Positions 17,542-27,543 of a stretch of DNA of 64,000 nt are shown one piece after another. The position numbers and the translations under genes were made by a program. Position 1 is the stretch's first letter; each line of letters opens with the position of its first letter. The notes beneath the pieces are model-generated. The model searched no databases and was not told the DNA's origin. It saw only the letters and a program-made list of their open reading frames with translations. This DNA is from an uncultured Ignavibacteriota bacterium (GTDB taxonomy: Bacteria; Bacteroidota; Ignavibacteria; Palsa-1295), in NCBI GenBank assembly GCA_903900335.1, contig CAIUMP010000056.1, positions 157,020-221,019 of the forward strand. Direction: 5' to 3'.

Positions 17542-19653
17542 CTATCTACCCGCATTGATGATCGTGTATCCGATCCTGATTTTGTCAGAGGTAGTATAGT
17601 TGGATACGTTCGTGGTCGTAGGAATCATCCCGACTCGAATGTCGAACGAACCCGTCGTTCGATTATCCACATCGACAAAGTATGTCGCTTGTTTGCAATC
17701 GGGCGCGACACCGTCATCCGTTTTCGTGAGCACGCTGACGATCACAATACTCGTCGAGGAAGTGTAGCGGTTGTTGATGGTAAGCGTGCCTAGATTTTGA
17801 AAGACACCAGATGTTGGTGCTGCTGTGACGAGGTTACCAGTCGCACCAAGCGTGAGTTCGATCACGCCACTTGGTCCTTGTGCGGAGTATGCTGTCCCTG
17901 CTGTTGCTCCTTCGACGACCGTGCCGACACTCGGCGTCTCGGTTGTGCGGCCCATTGCAAACTCACCATCGTTGATTTGTAACGCAACGTTCGTTTGTCC
18001 CGCGGTTGTGTTTCCATTACCTGTCGCAAGCACGCCTATCGTTCCAGTGTTCGTCGCTCCTGTGTTAGAAGCGGATCCCCACAACCCAATGACTTGATTG
18101 GTCGAAGCCGCATTCGCGTTCCCATAGATCGCTGCAACCTCGTCAGTTGTACCGGTATAGACCGAGTGCAATTGATGAGAAGTCGTCGTCGTGTTGATCG
18201 CAACTTGACCTGTTGAAAGTATTCGGAGACGCTCAGTATTGTTCGTTCGAAAGACCAGCGGTTGTGCGTCCGAGGTACCGAGATAATTCGTAGCAGGGGC
18301 CGTCCCGGTGTTACCGAGGATCGTCCAATACAGGTTCGATGGTTGCACCCAACTCGGTGCACTACTTGCTCCGGTTGATGCTAGCACATACCCAGATGTC
18401 CCGGCGAGGTTATTCGGCATCAAAGCACCGGTGAATTTTACATTGCCCGAGACATCCAGCGCTTCAGTCGGAGTTGTCTGCCCAATTCCCAAACGTGTCG
18501 AACCCGTGGAGTGGTAGAAAACGATGCTGTTATCCTGTGTAACCGTTGCGCCGACACCAAAGACACAATCGTATGTACCGGATGCCGTGTTTGTGTTTCC
18601 TCCGAGGATCACGGAATAATCACCCGATGCCGAGTTAGAATACCCTCCGGCAACGATAGCATACATCCCGCACGCTCGATTATTCTTTCCCCCACTGACG
18701 ACCGAGTAATCTCCGCACGCATCATTTTGAAGTCCGCCAGCACAAACACTGTATGAGCCTGTTGCCGAGTCCTGCTGCCCGCCAGAGACCGTTGCACCAG
18801 AATCAGAAGCGAAGCTCTGATTTCCCCACGCGATGGAGAAGGCGCCGGATGCAGTGCTGTGATATCCACCAGCCATTCCATAATTGCCGGATGCCGTATT
18901 GCCTGTCCCGACTCCTTCAAGCGCATACAGTCCGCTGCCACGCCGCCACAACGTGTCAACACCACCACCACCCGACGTTCCAAATGATTTCCATTCCAGG
19001 TTACCGAATCCATCTGTGCAGAGAACCTGCGAACTCGTACCATCGGAGATCGGCAGTGTGTACGTCACATTTCCTGCCTGGACACCTGCTTTGAACCCTG
19101 TGTAATTCGTACCAGAAGAGGAAGGCTCGTAGAACCGTAACTCTTCGGCAGTGTTGTTGGAATTTATCAGGCCTACATTGCCTGCGGCGTACACTCGAAG
19201 TCGCTCTGTATTGTTAGTTCGGACCACAAAATCCTGCGAGTCTTTTGTACCAAGAAAATTGGTACTCGCCGTCGTTCCAGAATTCCCTGTTAACAACCAA
19301 CCGGAACCAAGGAACGGCACCCACGCTGAGCCGGTGTAATAATAGAATGTGGATGGATACGAGGAGCTGACCGAATCCGTACAGAAGACAAGTAATCCCG
19401 TTGCGGGTGTGGAGATCGCATTTCGTTGCGTCTGTGTCATGCGTGGAACCAGCAACCCGCGTGAAACACTGGTGAGGTCCAGGAGTGCGCTCGCATCCGG
19501 CGCTGTAGTGCCGATACCAACGTTACCTTGGGCAAACGCGGAATGTACACCGAACAGGTTGAGATTGAAAATGAAGACAATCGATGCTATCGCAATCGTG
19601 AATCGCATCGGATTCACCCGCCAAATCGCCTTGATGTTGAATAGATAATTCAT
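17542..19653 (-). CDS. large secreted repeat protein, paralog type 1 (copy C)
   Basis: It is near-collinear with copy A (QGNVGIGTTAPDASALLDLTSVSRGLLVPRMTQTQRNAISTPATGLLVFCTDS… to …YFVDVDNRTTGSFDIRVGMIPTTTNVSNYTTSDKIRIGYTIINAGR). The probable start is the internal Met at ~19608 (MRFTIAIASIVFIFNLNLFGVHSAFAQ). Confidence 0.75.
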   Translation of the reverse strand: MNYLFNIKAIWRVNPMRFTIAIASIVFIFNLNLFGVHSAFAQGNVGIGTTAPDASALLDLTSVSRGLLVPRMTQTQRNAISTPATGLLVFCTDSVSSSYPSTFYYYTGSAWVPFLGSGWLLTGNSGTTASTNFLGTKDSQDFVVRTNNTERLRVYAAGNVGLINSNNTAEELRFYEPSSSGTNYTGFKAGVQAGNVTYTLPISDGTSSQVLCTDGFGNLEWKSFGTSGGGGVDTLWRRGSGLYALEGVGTGNTASGNYGMAGGYHSTASGAFSIAWGNQSFASDSGATVSGGQQDSATGSYSVCAGGLQNDACGDYSVVSGGKNNRACGMYAIVAGGYSNSASGDYSVILGGNTNTASGTYDCVFGVGATVTQDNSIVFYHSTGSTRLGIGQTTPTEALDVSGNVKFTGALMPNNLAGTSGYVLASTGASSAPSWVQPSNLYWTILGNTGTAPATNYLGTSDAQPLVFRTNNTERLRILSTGQVAINTTTTSHQLHSVYTGTTDEVAAIYGNANAASTNQVIGLWGSASNTGATNTGTIGVLATGNGNTTAGQTNVALQINDGEFAMGRTTETPSVGTVVEGATAGTAYSAQGPSGVIELTLGATGNLVTAAPTSGVFQNLGTLTINNRYTSSTSIVIVSVLTKTDDGVAPDCKQATYFVDVDNRTTGSFDIRVGMIPTTTNVSNYTTSDKIRIGYTIINAGR

Positions 19654-19662
19654 GATGGATCG

Positions 19663-21756
19663 TCAGCGGCCAGGATTGAGAATGACATAGGCAAGTCGAA
19701 TATAATCGGATCCCTGATACGCGCTAAGATCCGTAACAAATGGGATCATGCCGATACGAAGTACACAGGAGCCAACCGAACGGCTATCGACATCCACCTT
19801 ATAGACCGAATTTTTGGGATCAGGCGAGCCCCCGCCATTCGTTTTCGCGACAATACCTGCAACGATAATGCTGCTCGCAGTAATGTAGCGGTTATTGATC
19901 GTCACGGTGCCCAAATTTTGAAAAACGCCGATTGTCGGGGCAACCGCGCTGAGATCCGTTTGTAACGAAAGCTGGATCACACCAGACGGCCCCTGTGCTG
20001 TGTACAGCGTCCCTGCAGTTGCTGACTCGAGCACAGTACCGACCGACGGTGTCTGAGTGGTGCGGCCCATCGTAAGCTCGCCTTGTGAGATTTGAGCCGC
20101 AGCGTTCGTCGTACCCGTGGTCGCATTTCCATTTCCGGTTGCAAGCACAGCAACCGTGCCCGTGTTCGTCGCTCCGGTGTTACCAACCCTTCCCCACGCC
20201 CCAATGGCTTGTGTCGCAGTCGAACCAGATGCGTTTCCATAGGCTCCCGCCGTTTCATCTGTTGTTGTTGTAATGATGGAAGAGAGTTGAGCCGTCGATA
20301 TGCTTGTATTGACCCCAATCTGACCGGCAGAAAGAATCCGACACCGAACGGAGGCGTTCGTTCGAACCACCAGATCTTGCGCGTCCGTCGTGCCGACAAA
20401 ATTGGTGGCCGGGTTCATCCCAGAAGTGCCCGTCAAACCCCAATTGTTAGAGGAGAACGTTGCTGAGCCCCATGTAGGCACAACGCCAGAGCCTGCAGAC
20501 AAGAGATATTGTCCACTTGAGCCTCCCGCATTGTTCGGCTTCAGCGAACCAGAGAATCGAAGGTTACCCGCAACATCGAGCATCTGCGAGGGAGCTTGCG
20601 TCCCAATTCCAAATCGAGTGGTGTTCGTCCCCGGCGTTTTGAAGACAATAAACTTCTGCGTACCGACCGAGATGCCAGAGCCATAGCACATCTCATAATT
20701 TCCACCGATCGAGTTTGTCGTTCCGCCAAGAATGGTGCAGTTTGTTGCGCTGATCGAATTCCCGTTGCCACCAAGGATAGCGGAATAATCTCCCTGCGGA
20801 GAATTTGATTTGCCACCGTTTGCATTCGTGGCGGTGGCCTGCACTGAGTTATTCTGCCCACCACCCGTGACATCGTCATTACCGGTTGAGGAATTCGAGC
20901 TACCCCCCGAAACGGTACCGGCTGTTCCGGAAACGGAAATGGAGTTACCGAACCCTATATCATAATTGCCCGTAACGCTTGAGCTAATACCCGCCGCGAT
21001 GGCATACGGCGCCGATGAACTATTACTGGCTCCAACACCATTCTCTCCTCCCGCCGCAGAGCCACGCGACCACAAAGTTGTTGATCCACCTCCACCAAAT
21101 GTGGAATAGATATGCCAGCTGAGGTTAGCTGTTCCATCCGTGATCATCGCAGCATTTGTCGTACCGTCCGCTGTTGGAAGGACATAGTGGACGTTGCCCG
21201 CTTGAGGACCGGCCTTTATGGCTGTGTAATATGTGCCAGAGCCAGATGGCTCATAAAAGAGAAGCCGCCCCGCTGTGTTTGTACTGTTGGTAAGACCGAT
21301 GTCGCCGGCACTGTAAAATCTCAACCGCTCTATGGCATTGGTCCTCTGCACGACATCAACAGCGTCTTTGCTGCCTAGAAAGTTGGTGGATGGGCTCGTG
21401 CCAGCATCACCTGTTAACGACCAACCACTGCCGACCATTGGGGTCCAATAAGACCCTGTGTAGTAGTAGAAATTGGTGTAGGTGCTGTCATAAACCAAGT
21501 CTCCGGTAGCAGGTGTGGTGATTGTCCGCATTTGCGCGTCGGTCATGCGCGGTATGAGAAGACCCATGGCTGTCGACCCAAGATGCAGGAGCGCTGAACT
21601 CGCCGCGCTGGTCGTGCCGATCGATACATTTTGCGCACGCAGATCGATAGTCCATACTCCTGGTGAAAGGAGTAGGATCAAAGCGATTCTGATGGCGACA
21701 CAGCGCCCAAGAAGCCGCCTTCTCTCCCGTGGGGAGGGCAGAAGGGTAGTGTTCAT
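19663..21756 (-). CDS. large secreted repeat protein, paralog type 2 (copy D)
   Basis: It is collinear with copy B (QNVSIGTTSAASSALLHLGSTAMGLLIPRMTDAQMRTITTPATGDLVYDSTYTNFYYYTGSYWTPMVGSGWSLTGDAGTSPSTNFLGSKD… to …YKVDVDSRSVGSCVLRIGMIPFVTDLSAYQGSDYIRLAYVILNPGR). Its stop lies 9 nt from the start of copy C. Confidence 0.75.
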   Translation of the reverse strand: MNTTLLPSPRERRRLLGRCVAIRIALILLLSPGVWTIDLRAQNVSIGTTSAASSALLHLGSTAMGLLIPRMTDAQMRTITTPATGDLVYDSTYTNFYYYTGSYWTPMVGSGWSLTGDAGTSPSTNFLGSKDAVDVVQRTNAIERLRFYSAGDIGLTNSTNTAGRLLFYEPSGSGTYYTAIKAGPQAGNVHYVLPTADGTTNAAMITDGTANLSWHIYSTFGGGGSTTLWSRGSAAGGENGVGASNSSSAPYAIAAGISSSVTGNYDIGFGNSISVSGTAGTVSGGSSNSSTGNDDVTGGGQNNSVQATATNANGGKSNSPQGDYSAILGGNGNSISATNCTILGGTTNSIGGNYEMCYGSGISVGTQKFIVFKTPGTNTTRFGIGTQAPSQMLDVAGNLRFSGSLKPNNAGGSSGQYLLSAGSGVVPTWGSATFSSNNWGLTGTSGMNPATNFVGTTDAQDLVVRTNASVRCRILSAGQIGVNTSISTAQLSSIITTTTDETAGAYGNASGSTATQAIGAWGRVGNTGATNTGTVAVLATGNGNATTGTTNAAAQISQGELTMGRTTQTPSVGTVLESATAGTLYTAQGPSGVIQLSLQTDLSAVAPTIGVFQNLGTVTINNRYITASSIIVAGIVAKTNGGGSPDPKNSVYKVDVDSRSVGSCVLRIGMIPFVTDLSAYQGSDYIRLAYVILNPGR

Positions 21757-22111
21757 TGTTGATTCCTTGGCAAACCGATCTCGAAACTTCTAGCCGGGCT
21801 TGGGAAAAGCATCGGAAATAGAAGTACGGGATTACGATAAGCAAATGGGGGGCGAATGAACGTTAGTTCTTAAGAACCGCTCATCCCTAAAGCAAACTAA
21901 TCCCCCTACGAAATAGCCATTCAAATATAGATCAACGGGGAGCAAAAGTCAAGCAATTCTGCAATAATTCTGCTGCCACTCCAAACAAAATATCTGTCTC
22001 CAGCCCTCGCAAACACTCGTCGCCCTATTATAGTACGATTAGGTTCTCAATATCAGACACAATTGACCACCAAAAACAGACAGCCATTCATTATGAAATG
22101 TGGGACGACGA

Positions 22112-23803
22112 CTACCTATTCACTACGAAACTCTCCCTCATTCTCATGCCGCCCGAAAGTAGTACCACGCTGTAGTTACCAGAGGCCAGATGTGAAGCAC
22201 TGTAGCTGATCGTATGAACCCCAGCCGCGAGATTTTCATCCACGAGCTTCTCCACCAATCTCCCACTGACGTCGTACAGCCCAGCCGAGACATAAGCGTC
22301 CGTTGGCATACCAAATTCAATGTGAGCTGTCTCAACGGCCGGATTTGGATAGATCGAAATCGTGAGCGAGCCAGGTATTGCCTTCTCGCTGTAGTCTACA
22401 GTTTGCGAAGCAGCATGCGTTCGGATCCCATTTCGGTCAATTTGATAGAGGTCGTACACGTACCGACCCGTTGCCAAATGTGCGTCGTCGGTTGTTTCAT
22501 AATTCGCACCCCACGGAGATTTTGCTTGCAATGCGGTATCGCTCTCGAAGCTCCTAATCAGCACGGGTGCAGCCACAGTTTCAGCATCCGTTAATGACAG
22601 GACGGGATGTCGCTCGATCTCGAATCCAAGGTTCTGAATTTCGCTATAAGTATTCCAGTTCAACTTAACCGTGTTACCCACTTGACGAGCTGTGAACTTA
22701 CCCATCTCAACCGGCAGAGAGTTGTCCGAAGTCGTTGAAGCTAGCGTGAATGGTCGGTTGATGATCGAGGTGCCATACTTAGCAGATACCACGGTTGCCG
22801 ATTCGATCCATCCTGAGTTGTACGTCGCACCGGGCGACAACGCGCTGACGCCGGCCGTCACCCACGCGGGGGTTGGTCCAGGTACAACAGGGGCAAGTGT
22901 ATCCCATCGGCCAACTACCAGGCCGGAAGGGGTTGGCATCCATGCAGGCACATAATCTCCCGGAATCCAATAAAGGCGTAGGATCGCATCAGCACCACCA
23001 GAGACGATGTCCGCGTGCCAGTATTGTATTGTGCTCACGGCCACAAGCGGCGTCTGGATGCTCGTGGTGTTCACATACTTGGAGCAGAAGTACTGAGTGC
23101 GATAGGTCGTCGCCGCAGAGCTTGAAGGGGTGATAGCACACGTGTTCCCACGGCTTGCCTTACCGACGGGAAACCAGAAGCGGTTCGTCGAATTCATGTC
23201 CTTCTCGCACGGCCCATCCACATAGCTGATCGCGGGCGAAACGGGAAGCCCAGCATTGTTGACCCAATTGCCATTCGTCGTGAAGTTCAGCACGTTGGTC
23301 TGTGTAGTGTAGCAAACGCCATTTGTGAAATAGCAATTGCTGTCAACGATCTCCTTCTGTGTCAGCGTCTTCGTCCCGCCATTAGTAAATTGCAGATCGT
23401 AGAAAGTCGTGACGACCGCCCCGCCCACGTTTTGATTCGATGCGCCATTGAGATTGACGGTCCCCGTCTTGCGAACGAACGTACCATCGTTCGTAAAATT
23501 GCCACCGATGTTGTACCACCCCGAGCCTCCGGCCGTTGCAGCGCTATTGTTCGTGAAGTCTGTGGTTATCGTTACCGTGCCAGAGTCGTCGATCGAGCCT
23601 GTTTGATTCTGATACGCACCGTTGACCTGCGTGTAAGAGCCGACCTTTGTGACGATGGTTGCTCCCTTGTTGATCATGAGCTGTGCATGTGCCGTGGACT
23701 CGGTTAGGGCGAGCATAGTAAGCAACGCAAAAACTGCCAAACGAGAAGCTCGTTCAGCACCACGAAAAACGTGGAGCGCATGCAATGAGAACATCGCCGG
23801 CAA
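22112..23803 (-). CDS. secreted protein with a T9SS C-terminal sorting domain
   Basis: It has a signal peptide (…RLAVFALLTMLALTESTAHAQ). The C-terminus …LTISIYPNPAVETAHIEFGMPTDAYVSAGLYDVSGRLVEKLV…GNYSVVLLSGGMRMRESFVVNR is a textbook Por_Secre_tail pattern. Its C-terminal half shares motifs (GFEIERH…YDLYQID) with the next gene. Confidence 0.65.
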   Translation of the reverse strand: MPAMFSLHALHVFRGAERASRLAVFALLTMLALTESTAHAQLMINKGATIVTKVGSYTQVNGAYQNQTGSIDDSGTVTITTDFTNNSAATAGGSGWYNIGGNFTNDGTFVRKTGTVNLNGASNQNVGGAVVTTFYDLQFTNGGTKTLTQKEIVDSNCYFTNGVCYTTQTNVLNFTTNGNWVNNAGLPVSPAISYVDGPCEKDMNSTNRFWFPVGKASRGNTCAITPSSSAATTYRTQYFCSKYVNTTSIQTPLVAVSTIQYWHADIVSGGADAILRLYWIPGDYVPAWMPTPSGLVVGRWDTLAPVVPGPTPAWVTAGVSALSPGATYNSGWIESATVVSAKYGTSIINRPFTLASTTSDNSLPVEMGKFTARQVGNTVKLNWNTYSEIQNLGFEIERHPVLSLTDAETVAAPVLIRSFESDTALQAKSPWGANYETTDDAHLATGRYVYDLYQIDRNGIRTHAASQTVDYSEKAIPGSLTISIYPNPAVETAHIEFGMPTDAYVSAGLYDVSGRLVEKLVDENLAAGVHTISYSASHLASGNYSVVLLSGGMRMRESFVVNR

Positions 23804-23997
23804 TCAGGCAAATACGTACGAGCACTTTCCTCAGGCACGCATGGCAAAATGCGTGTACACCTGGGCAATACTCTGGCGCCGGCTACATCAGGATTTTGGC
23901 AAAAACTGTGGGGATGAATCATCATCCCTGGTGGGCCGGCAAACTAAACTTGACAAAGCAACCGGGGGCGGCGAAGGAAAGTTCACGTGCCGGAAGC

Positions 23998-26025
23998 TCA
24001 CTCTCCGACCCATAGCTTCCGGCTTAACCGCCCGCCATTCCACTCTATCCGAACCCAATAGACACCGGGAAGCAGGCCGGGATTACAAGCGATCTGCTTT
24101 TCGAATTTCCGATCCAGGATCTGTCGACCAACGGCATCCGTTACGATCATTCGGGCGCTGGTGGTTGCCGTTCCGATAATGGACCCCTTTAGTATTCCCG
24201 CAAAATAATCAACTCTCCCTACCGAAGACGTAGCTGTATCCGAATTTGCAGATACGACCCTAGAACCGAGCAATGTGTGGACCCCGTCCCCGGACACCTC
24301 ATAAAGGTCATACTGGGATGTCCCGGCGGTGGGAGCATTGTCATTGAAACCGTATTCAGCACCATACCGCGAATGCCCAAGCAGGGCGCTATCCTGAAGG
24401 TAGCTAGCAATTAGTTTTTCTGAATCTGTACAATGCCGCTTGATCTCAAATCCTAGGAGATTCGATTCAGAGGCTGTTTGCCAGGAGATCCTCACCGCAT
24501 TCGTTATCCGTTGGGCGATAAGACTCTGGAGTTCAATGGGATTCGGGGAATCCGTATACCCTCCAGACAACATCCAATAAAATCCGCCACTGTCATTCGG
24601 AAATCCCAGACATGTTGTGTCCCAGGTGTAGGACAGACTTTGAGGCGATACGTTCGTAATACCGCTGAACGACCACGAGCGACCACGATTGCGCGAGCGC
24701 CAAAAATGCTGTTCGCCGGGATCGGCAGCATTAAGCTCTGTGCAGTGCAGCTGGAATGTCATCTCATTGGGATCCCCTTGTTGCGGACCAGCACCAGGCG
24801 TGATCTGAAAATATCGAAGAGCCGGATTGTTCTCCGGTTTTGCGCCCGGTGGCATATATCCGTTCGTACGGACGACACGTGTCCGCCCTAGATAAGGATT
24901 CGTCCCGCTCCGGATACTGAGACCCAGGCCGTAGAAATCGTCGGAAGGATTCGAGCCATCGAGCGTGCGAGCAAACTCCGAATAAACTCGGCCTATCAGA
25001 TGTCCGCCGCACGGCATACCTTCCTCAACCAGTCGGGTAAGAACATCGAGAGAGTCACACACACTATCAGAAATGAATCGAACGCTTAGCGTAGAACCGT
25101 TAGGAATGATCACTGTCCCGAGTTGTGATGGACCTGTCCAGTGACTTACGAATCCTGGATTTGATGCGCCATTGAATATCCAGTGATCCGTACCAAGCGA
25201 CTGCATTCCACATCCGCGCAACCCGGCCCCCGGCCCGCCTGATTCACCTTGATTTTCATTGATGACATCACCTGAGATTGTGATCACCTGCGGATCGTAT
25301 CCCCTCACTCCGCTGACTCTTGCGCTCGGAAGTATACTCGACCCAAACCCTATGCGAAGCGTGCCCCGAACACCAACCGGATTTGATCGAAATGATGCGT
25401 CAACATTTGTTAACGTGAGATTCCCGTAGGTGTGAGTGAGCAGATTATTCGCGAGGTAGGACACATCGATGAGGTCGGCGTTCGCAGAATAGTATTCGAA
25501 CGTGCTTTGAAGGTTGCACACAAAAAGCGGTGCGTGGAGTGAATCGAAGAGGCTATCAGCGACAACAGGCAGTAGTGCTTTGGTTCGAAAGAGCGCTCCA
25601 CTATCAAGTTCAATCATCCGCCTCTTTGAGAGCCTGTCACTGAAGACAAACCAACCCGACCCTGCATCAAGCGCGCCACGGATGCTGATTGCAGTATCCA
25701 CACTATTCGTATCTCCAACGAGATAGATGATATTCGTATCAACAGCGAGTCTTCCTTCCACAAATAGCTTCGCCAAAGGTGCTGTGGATGTATCGAGAAA
25801 AACTGAGTCTTGTTGAGAGATGATGACGGTGTCGCCAGCTTTGGGGATTATGCCATCTTGCCAAACGAGTGTGTCACTCCATTTGCCACTAGCGATGGTT
25901 CTGCGCTGCGCGAAGATATTGGATGCGAAGAGGGTACTCCCAAGTGTCAGGAGTATCGCTACGGAACAAAAAATCCTCTTGTAGTTGATTTCTCGCACGA
26001 GTAGGCAAACGAGTGCGAAGGGCAA
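23998..26025 (-). CDS. secreted protein, probable T9SS cargo
   Basis: It has a signal peptide (…FCSVAILLTLGSTLFASNIFAQ). It shares the 'LLGFEIKRH…YDLYEVSGDG' module with 22112..23803. The C-terminal …DAVGRQILDRKF…LPGVYWVRIEWNGGRLSRKLWVGE loosely fits a T9SS C-terminal domain. Confidence 0.5.
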   Translation of the reverse strand: MPFALVCLLVREINYKRIFCSVAILLTLGSTLFASNIFAQRRTIASGKWSDTLVWQDGIIPKAGDTVIISQQDSVFLDTSTAPLAKLFVEGRLAVDTNIIYLVGDTNSVDTAISIRGALDAGSGWFVFSDRLSKRRMIELDSGALFRTKALLPVVADSLFDSLHAPLFVCNLQSTFEYYSANADLIDVSYLANNLLTHTYGNLTLTNVDASFRSNPVGVRGTLRIGFGSSILPSARVSGVRGYDPQVITISGDVINENQGESGGPGAGLRGCGMQSLGTDHWIFNGASNPGFVSHWTGPSQLGTVIIPNGSTLSVRFISDSVCDSLDVLTRLVEEGMPCGGHLIGRVYSEFARTLDGSNPSDDFYGLGLSIRSGTNPYLGRTRVVRTNGYMPPGAKPENNPALRYFQITPGAGPQQGDPNEMTFQLHCTELNAADPGEQHFWRSRNRGRSWSFSGITNVSPQSLSYTWDTTCLGFPNDSGGFYWMLSGGYTDSPNPIELQSLIAQRITNAVRISWQTASESNLLGFEIKRHCTDSEKLIASYLQDSALLGHSRYGAEYGFNDNAPTAGTSQYDLYEVSGDGVHTLLGSRVVSANSDTATSSVGRVDYFAGILKGSIIGTATTSARMIVTDAVGRQILDRKFEKQIACNPGLLPGVYWVRIEWNGGRLSRKLWVGE

Positions 26026-26073
26026 ACTATCACACTCAACAGGAGAACTTCAGGCGGGCGGGCAGAAATTCCC

Positions 26074-27381
26074 CTACCGCCTGCCAATCCCGTAATAGGT
26101 AAACCCATACTCCCGCATGCGCTCGGGATCGTAGATATTGCGGCCATCGAAGACGACCTTATCTCGCAATTTCGACGAGATCGACTCAAAGTTCGGGTTG
26201 CGGAATTCATTCCACTCTGTAACCACGACAAGCGCGTCACTGTCTTCGAGCGCATCCATGTTCTTGCGGTAGTACTTCAAATTGGCACTCTCTGGTAGAA
26301 CCGTTTTCATTGGTGTGATCGCCGCAGGGTCACTTGCGTGAATGATGGCTCCGCGTGCTATGAGCCCAGTAATGATCTCTATCGCTGGTGCCTCACGAAT
26401 ATCATCTGTGCGTGGCTTAAAGGAGAGTCCCCAGACTGTGAATACCTTACCGGAAACATTGCCTTCGTAGTGGGCTAAGATCTTATCCAGCAGCTTTGTC
26501 TTTTGTCTGTCGTTGACATCCTGCACAGCACGGAGAATGGAGAAATCATGACCAAACTCGGCCGCGGTCGAAATAAGCGCCTTGATGTCCTTCGGGAAGC
26601 AACTTCCACCGAATCCAACACCAGGAAAGAGAAACTGCGGACCGATGCGTCCATCCGAACCAATACCTACGCGCACACTATCGACATCGGCGCCGACGAG
26701 ATCGCAGAGATTTGCAATCTCATTCATAAAACTGATCTTCGTTGCGAGCATCGAGTTCGCAGCATACTTCGTGAGCTCCGAACTGCGCTCGTCCATGATG
26801 AAGATCGGATTTCCTGTGCGAACGAACGGCTCATACAGCTCCTTCATCGTCTCGATCGCACCCGCATCACGCGAGCCAACCACGATGCGATCCGGCTTCA
26901 TAAAATCCTGAACGGCAGCGCCTTCTTTGAGAAATTCCGGATTGGATACGACCTGAACCGGGATCTTCGTCTCCGCTTCGAAAATGGCTCGAACACGGTC
27001 CGCCGTACCAACCGGCACCGTGGATTTATTGACAACAACCTTCGGCGTCGTCATGATCTTGGCGATCTGCTTCGAGGTTTCGAGGACCATTGAGAGATCA
27101 GCAGCGCCATCCATGCCGGGTGGAGTGGGCAAGGCCAGGAAGATCACTTCAGCGCTATCAACGGCCTCTTTGAGATCGAGCGTAAAACGAAGGCGTCCCT
27201 CGGCAACGTTGAACTTCACGATCTCTTCCAGACCTGGCTCGAAAATTGGGATGATACCCTTTCGAAGATTTTCGATCTTCTCGGGCACAATATCCATGCA
27301 GAGGACCTGATTCCCCGTTTCGGCAAATCCGGCTCCGGTAACGAGACCTACGTAGCCTGTTCCAATAATTGCTATGTTCAC
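26074..27381 (-). CDS. ugd: UDP-glucose 6-dehydrogenase (nucleotide-sugar dehydrogenase family)
   Basis: The N-terminal Rossmann motif is MNIAIIGTGYVGLVTGAGFAETG. The catalytic-region motif GGSCFPKDI and the 435-aa length are typical of Ugd and relatives. Confidence 0.8.
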   Translation of the reverse strand: MNIAIIGTGYVGLVTGAGFAETGNQVLCMDIVPEKIENLRKGIIPIFEPGLEEIVKFNVAEGRLRFTLDLKEAVDSAEVIFLALPTPPGMDGAADLSMVLETSKQIAKIMTTPKVVVNKSTVPVGTADRVRAIFEAETKIPVQVVSNPEFLKEGAAVQDFMKPDRIVVGSRDAGAIETMKELYEPFVRTGNPIFIMDERSSELTKYAANSMLATKISFMNEIANLCDLVGADVDSVRVGIGSDGRIGPQFLFPGVGFGGSCFPKDIKALISTAAEFGHDFSILRAVQDVNDRQKTKLLDKILAHYEGNVSGKVFTVWGLSFKPRTDDIREAPAIEIITGLIARGAIIHASDPAAITPMKTVLPESANLKYYRKNMDALEDSDALVVVTEWNEFRNPNFESISSKLRDKVVFDGRNIYDPERMREYGFTYYGIGRR

Positions 27382-27543
27382 GCTGTGGCTTAAAAAGAGG
27401 TTTTGATTCGTTGAGTCACGCAGCTTAGAAGTTGCGAGTACGAGCCCTGTAAAACATCACGAACGAAGTATTGCTCCCCGTTAGGTGCCCGTCAGTCAAG
27501 ATTCATGAGCATTCAGAATTCTCCACGCGCTTCTCTTCTATGC

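Noticed and set aside
13072-21378. Numerous 60-170-aa plus-strand ORFs inside the four large paralog genes (for example 13072..13428, 14382..14879, 15627..15977, 16436..16897, 17825..18097, 20092..20466)
   Set aside because: They are antisense to long, well-supported CDSs and are Pro/Ala/Arg/Val-rich, as expected from the reverse complement of Gly/Ser/Thr/Asn-rich coding sequence. None is conserved as an independent unit.
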